Shown in pieces: positions 60,838 through 64,000 of a DNA stretch of 64,000 nt. Source of the DNA: Octopus sinensis. Lineage: Eukaryota. The translations under genes and the position numbers were made by a program. Position 1 is the stretch's first letter, and each line of letters begins with the position of its first letter. Below the pieces are notes generated by a model that saw only the letters and a list, made by a program, of their open reading frames with translations, was not told the DNA's origin and did not search any database. The DNA lies in NCBI RefSeq assembly GCF_006345805.1, contig NC_043002.1, positions 10,168,001-10,232,000 on the forward strand, in the 5' to 3' direction.

Positions 60838-61189
60838 CTAATATTAAGGGATCAGCAAAGGAATGCATCACCACACACCGAAGTACAGAAATAGCAGCCA
60901 AAATCTAAGCCATTTCTTCTACTTAAAAAAGGTCTACTAGAGAAACCATAATACTTGAATCTTATTCATCCAGGCAGAGGGTAACGTAACGAAAATCAAT
61001 CAATATCCGATTATCCATAGACGTGCGTTTCGGAATCAGGTTTTAAATAAAGAATATCCAAAAGTATAAACTTTACTAACCACATTCCTCCTCAGTATGG
61101 ATTTTCTGCAATAATCCGAATTTTGGCTGCTATTTCTGAACTTCAGTGTGTGGTGATGCATTCCTTTGCTGATCCCTTAATATTAGTAT
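60835..61189. mobile_element. Mini element: ~69-bp inverted ends flanking a hammerhead motif
   Basis: 60835-60904 is the reverse complement of 61120-61189 (2 mismatches). Confidence 0.75.
61014..61101 (-). ncRNA. Type I hammerhead ribozyme motif
   Basis: Minus strand reads tccata-CTGAGGA-ggaat...attcc-GAAA-C-GCAC-G-TC-tatgga; 6-bp stem I, 5-bp stem II base, GUC triplet. Confidence 0.78.
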
Positions 61190-61503
61190 TACTAGAATTT
61201 ACCGTATAACGGTCCTGTTTTCATACCGAATTCTACTTGGTGAAATTCATTGATTACTTCGTAATTAATTAGCTTTACCCTTGATTACTATATATATACA
61301 AGATGCAGCAGAAATACCTCCCACATTTGAAAGGCTAACAAAAGGAAAAAGAAACAAGATTTATGAAAATTTAATTCTACTATTGTTTACACAAACGGTT
61401 AGAGTTTTTATTCATTAGCTAAATTAAAACATCATTGGCACTTGCATAAGTTCGTTAGCTACACATAGGTGAAAGTTTAAAATGTAGGAGGTATTTCTGC
61501 CGC

Positions 61504-61544
<41 letters not shown>

Positions 61545-61562
61545 TATATACAGAGAGAGAGG

Positions 61563-61594
<32 letters not shown>

Positions 61595-62081
61595 AAGAGA
61601 GAGAGAGAGGAGAGAGAGGATATGTTAACTTAATCAAGGAAATGGCTGTAAGATGTAAATATTACCAATTTGTTAATAAAAATAATTATTAACTTTCAGC
61701 TCTCAATTTTCTTTTTTTTCATTTAACTGGATATGGCGTGTATGCTACACTAGCAGAAACACCTGGCGCTGCTCGGGGTTAAACAGTTCTTACTGTTTTA
61801 ATTGCTTCGGTCATGTGACTGTTGCCAATTCAATTTTGTTACCTAATACTGAAATAGTGTAAGAGATAAGAGTTTTCTCTGGTATCGCATTAGGCAAGAA
61901 GTTAAAAATGTTTTGGGTCCATGACACTGCATGGACCCTAACTTAGGCATATGCAAAATTTGAATGGAATCGGTTGATTAGTTCTCCACTTTAAGAGATT
62001 CACACATACAAGCAAACAGACACACAGACAGTCACACATTTACAACTTAATTATTAATATATATATATATATATACACATG

Positions 62082-62113
<32 letters not shown>

Positions 62114-62171
62114 CTTATATATATACATACACACATTCATACATACGTACATACATACATACATACATACA

Positions 62172-62269
<98 letters not shown>

Positions 62270-64000
62270 TATATATACATACACACACATAAATACACAC
62301 ACATACGTACACACACACGCACGCAGTATTTACAGCTGCACTTAAATGCATTATACTAGCTGGCTGAACGAAACAATATGCAGTTTAATGCTGTAAGATT
62401 TCAAATAAACCACAGACTGATATTTTCAGGACCTGAGAGCATCACATACAGTGAAACATTGCCAAAATAGAAACAAAGTATAGATAACTAGCGGGATTGA
62501 TTCTATGGTCCTTCCGGGTAAGACACTCAGATTTCATATCGGCTCCGTGGAACAAATTCGTTCTAAGCCTCCTGGTCTATTGCTCATAGCTGTTATCACT
62601 GCATAGCGTCAAAGTAACAACAGAACTTGATGCGATCCAACGCTGCTATATTAAACCGTTTGTCACTGTGCAGCAGATGAAGTACTGGTAGATCCTGATA
62701 AAACTACGATTTTACTTCTTGGAGGAAATTCTACAAGTGATAGTACATGACCTCGGCTTCAGGTTTACTGGATGCCATTGTGTTGTACCAAGGCATCGTC
62801 CTCTGTATCTAAAGCAACAGCAATCTACGTAGGAACGAATTATATGAACTTTAGTTTATCGAAATTATTGTATATAAAGGCAATAATAAATCTCTGAACG
62901 AGGTATAAACAGTAACTGCACGACAATGTGAGGTATATTTGCCATCTCAATATGGCTAACCACTAAGGGTGGGTGTTACTGTTGACGAGGGAAGGATGAC
63001 TTCCCTTTGCAATACCGATAGGGCACAGAAAGTGTGCCTATAGCCAGCTGGAGGAGATGTTCTCCTGGGGCTACAAGCTACAGTAACACCCACCCTTAGT
63101 GGTTAGCCATATTGAGATGGCAAATATACCTCACATTGTATATATAACTTAACCTAAATATGTTTCTCTCAACGACTGACCCAGTCCATATCTAATTTAA
63201 TTGAATCCGCTGATAGGATTTATTAAGTCATTTTTAAGACAATTTTTGTGGTATCATGGCCAATTAAAGTAAATAACTGTAACTAGTTGAGGTGTGGCTA
63301 GGCAAATATGTTTATCTGATATCCCTTGAAGAACTTTCTGCAGGATTCGTTTGAAGGTAAATGGATATTTTTCTTTGATATTTTTACGGATAATTTGAAA
63401 TAGACCAGATCTTATTGAGTGAAAGTAATTACATTGCAGTGGATTTATGTGTTATGAGCCTGAAATGTGTTGGGGGCGTATGGCACGTGGCCTCAGCCTT
63501 GGATCAATTCTGAATCTGACGTTAAGGACGTGTGGGCAATACTGGTGTATCATCCACATTGTGCAAATGATGTAACGCTCATGGTGACACTGAAAGGAAC
63601 AAAGATTCAGCAAACCTGATCAATCATGAACTTTTTTGTGAACGCTCTCTAGAGTGACTCAATTCTAGTAATGGTTTGTTTGGTGTGGGGTGACCACATG
63701 GTGCAGCAGTATTCGCCGTGTGGCCATACAAAGGAGAAGATATCTTGCTCTCTGATCCGCACAACCAGAGAGCAAGTTGTCATTGATAATTTTCTGGAGA
63801 TTAGAGTTATCAGCAATTATTCTTAATTTGTTGGGTTTTATGTCGTTTGTATAGAGAAGGGAGTCCTGCGGTGCCTCTTTCTGGGCTTGAGCGGAATCCA
63901 CCGATTGCACATGTGGTCTGTTCACAAAGAAGTAATCAGACGTAGTAGTTTTCCACGTATTACAACTCTAATATTTGACAATTTGAAACGTGAATACTCT

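Overview
AT-rich, microsatellite-dense animal genomic DNA. The tRNA-derived SINEs match the OK/OR families known from octopus, so an octopod cephalopod is inferred. Nearly all ORFs in the supplied track are microsatellite or TE noise. The main signal is absent from the track: two paralogous 4-coding-exon genes on the + strand, A (18393-26439) and B (46972-54775), assembled by hand from conserved GT-AG boundaries. Each encodes a signal-peptide protein of 130 aa (A) or 128 aa (B) with 12 positionally conserved cysteines and highly divergent inter-cysteine loops. They sit in a tandem array of large duplicated units (A ~1-35.8 kb, B ~36/39-57.6 kb, C from ~57.6 kb to beyond the window end). I cannot assign the family. 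The second signal is about 11 fold-back (inverted-repeat) structures, mostly Penelope-like element (PLE) termini. These include a 4.9-kb palindromic RT+GIY-YIG element, and several carry type I hammerhead-ribozyme motifs, some with a compensatory U3:A8 core. Also present: Tc1, mariner and Merlin relics, CR1-like, RTE and L1/Tx1-like LINE fragments, MITEs and many SINEs. All identity figures are hand counts.
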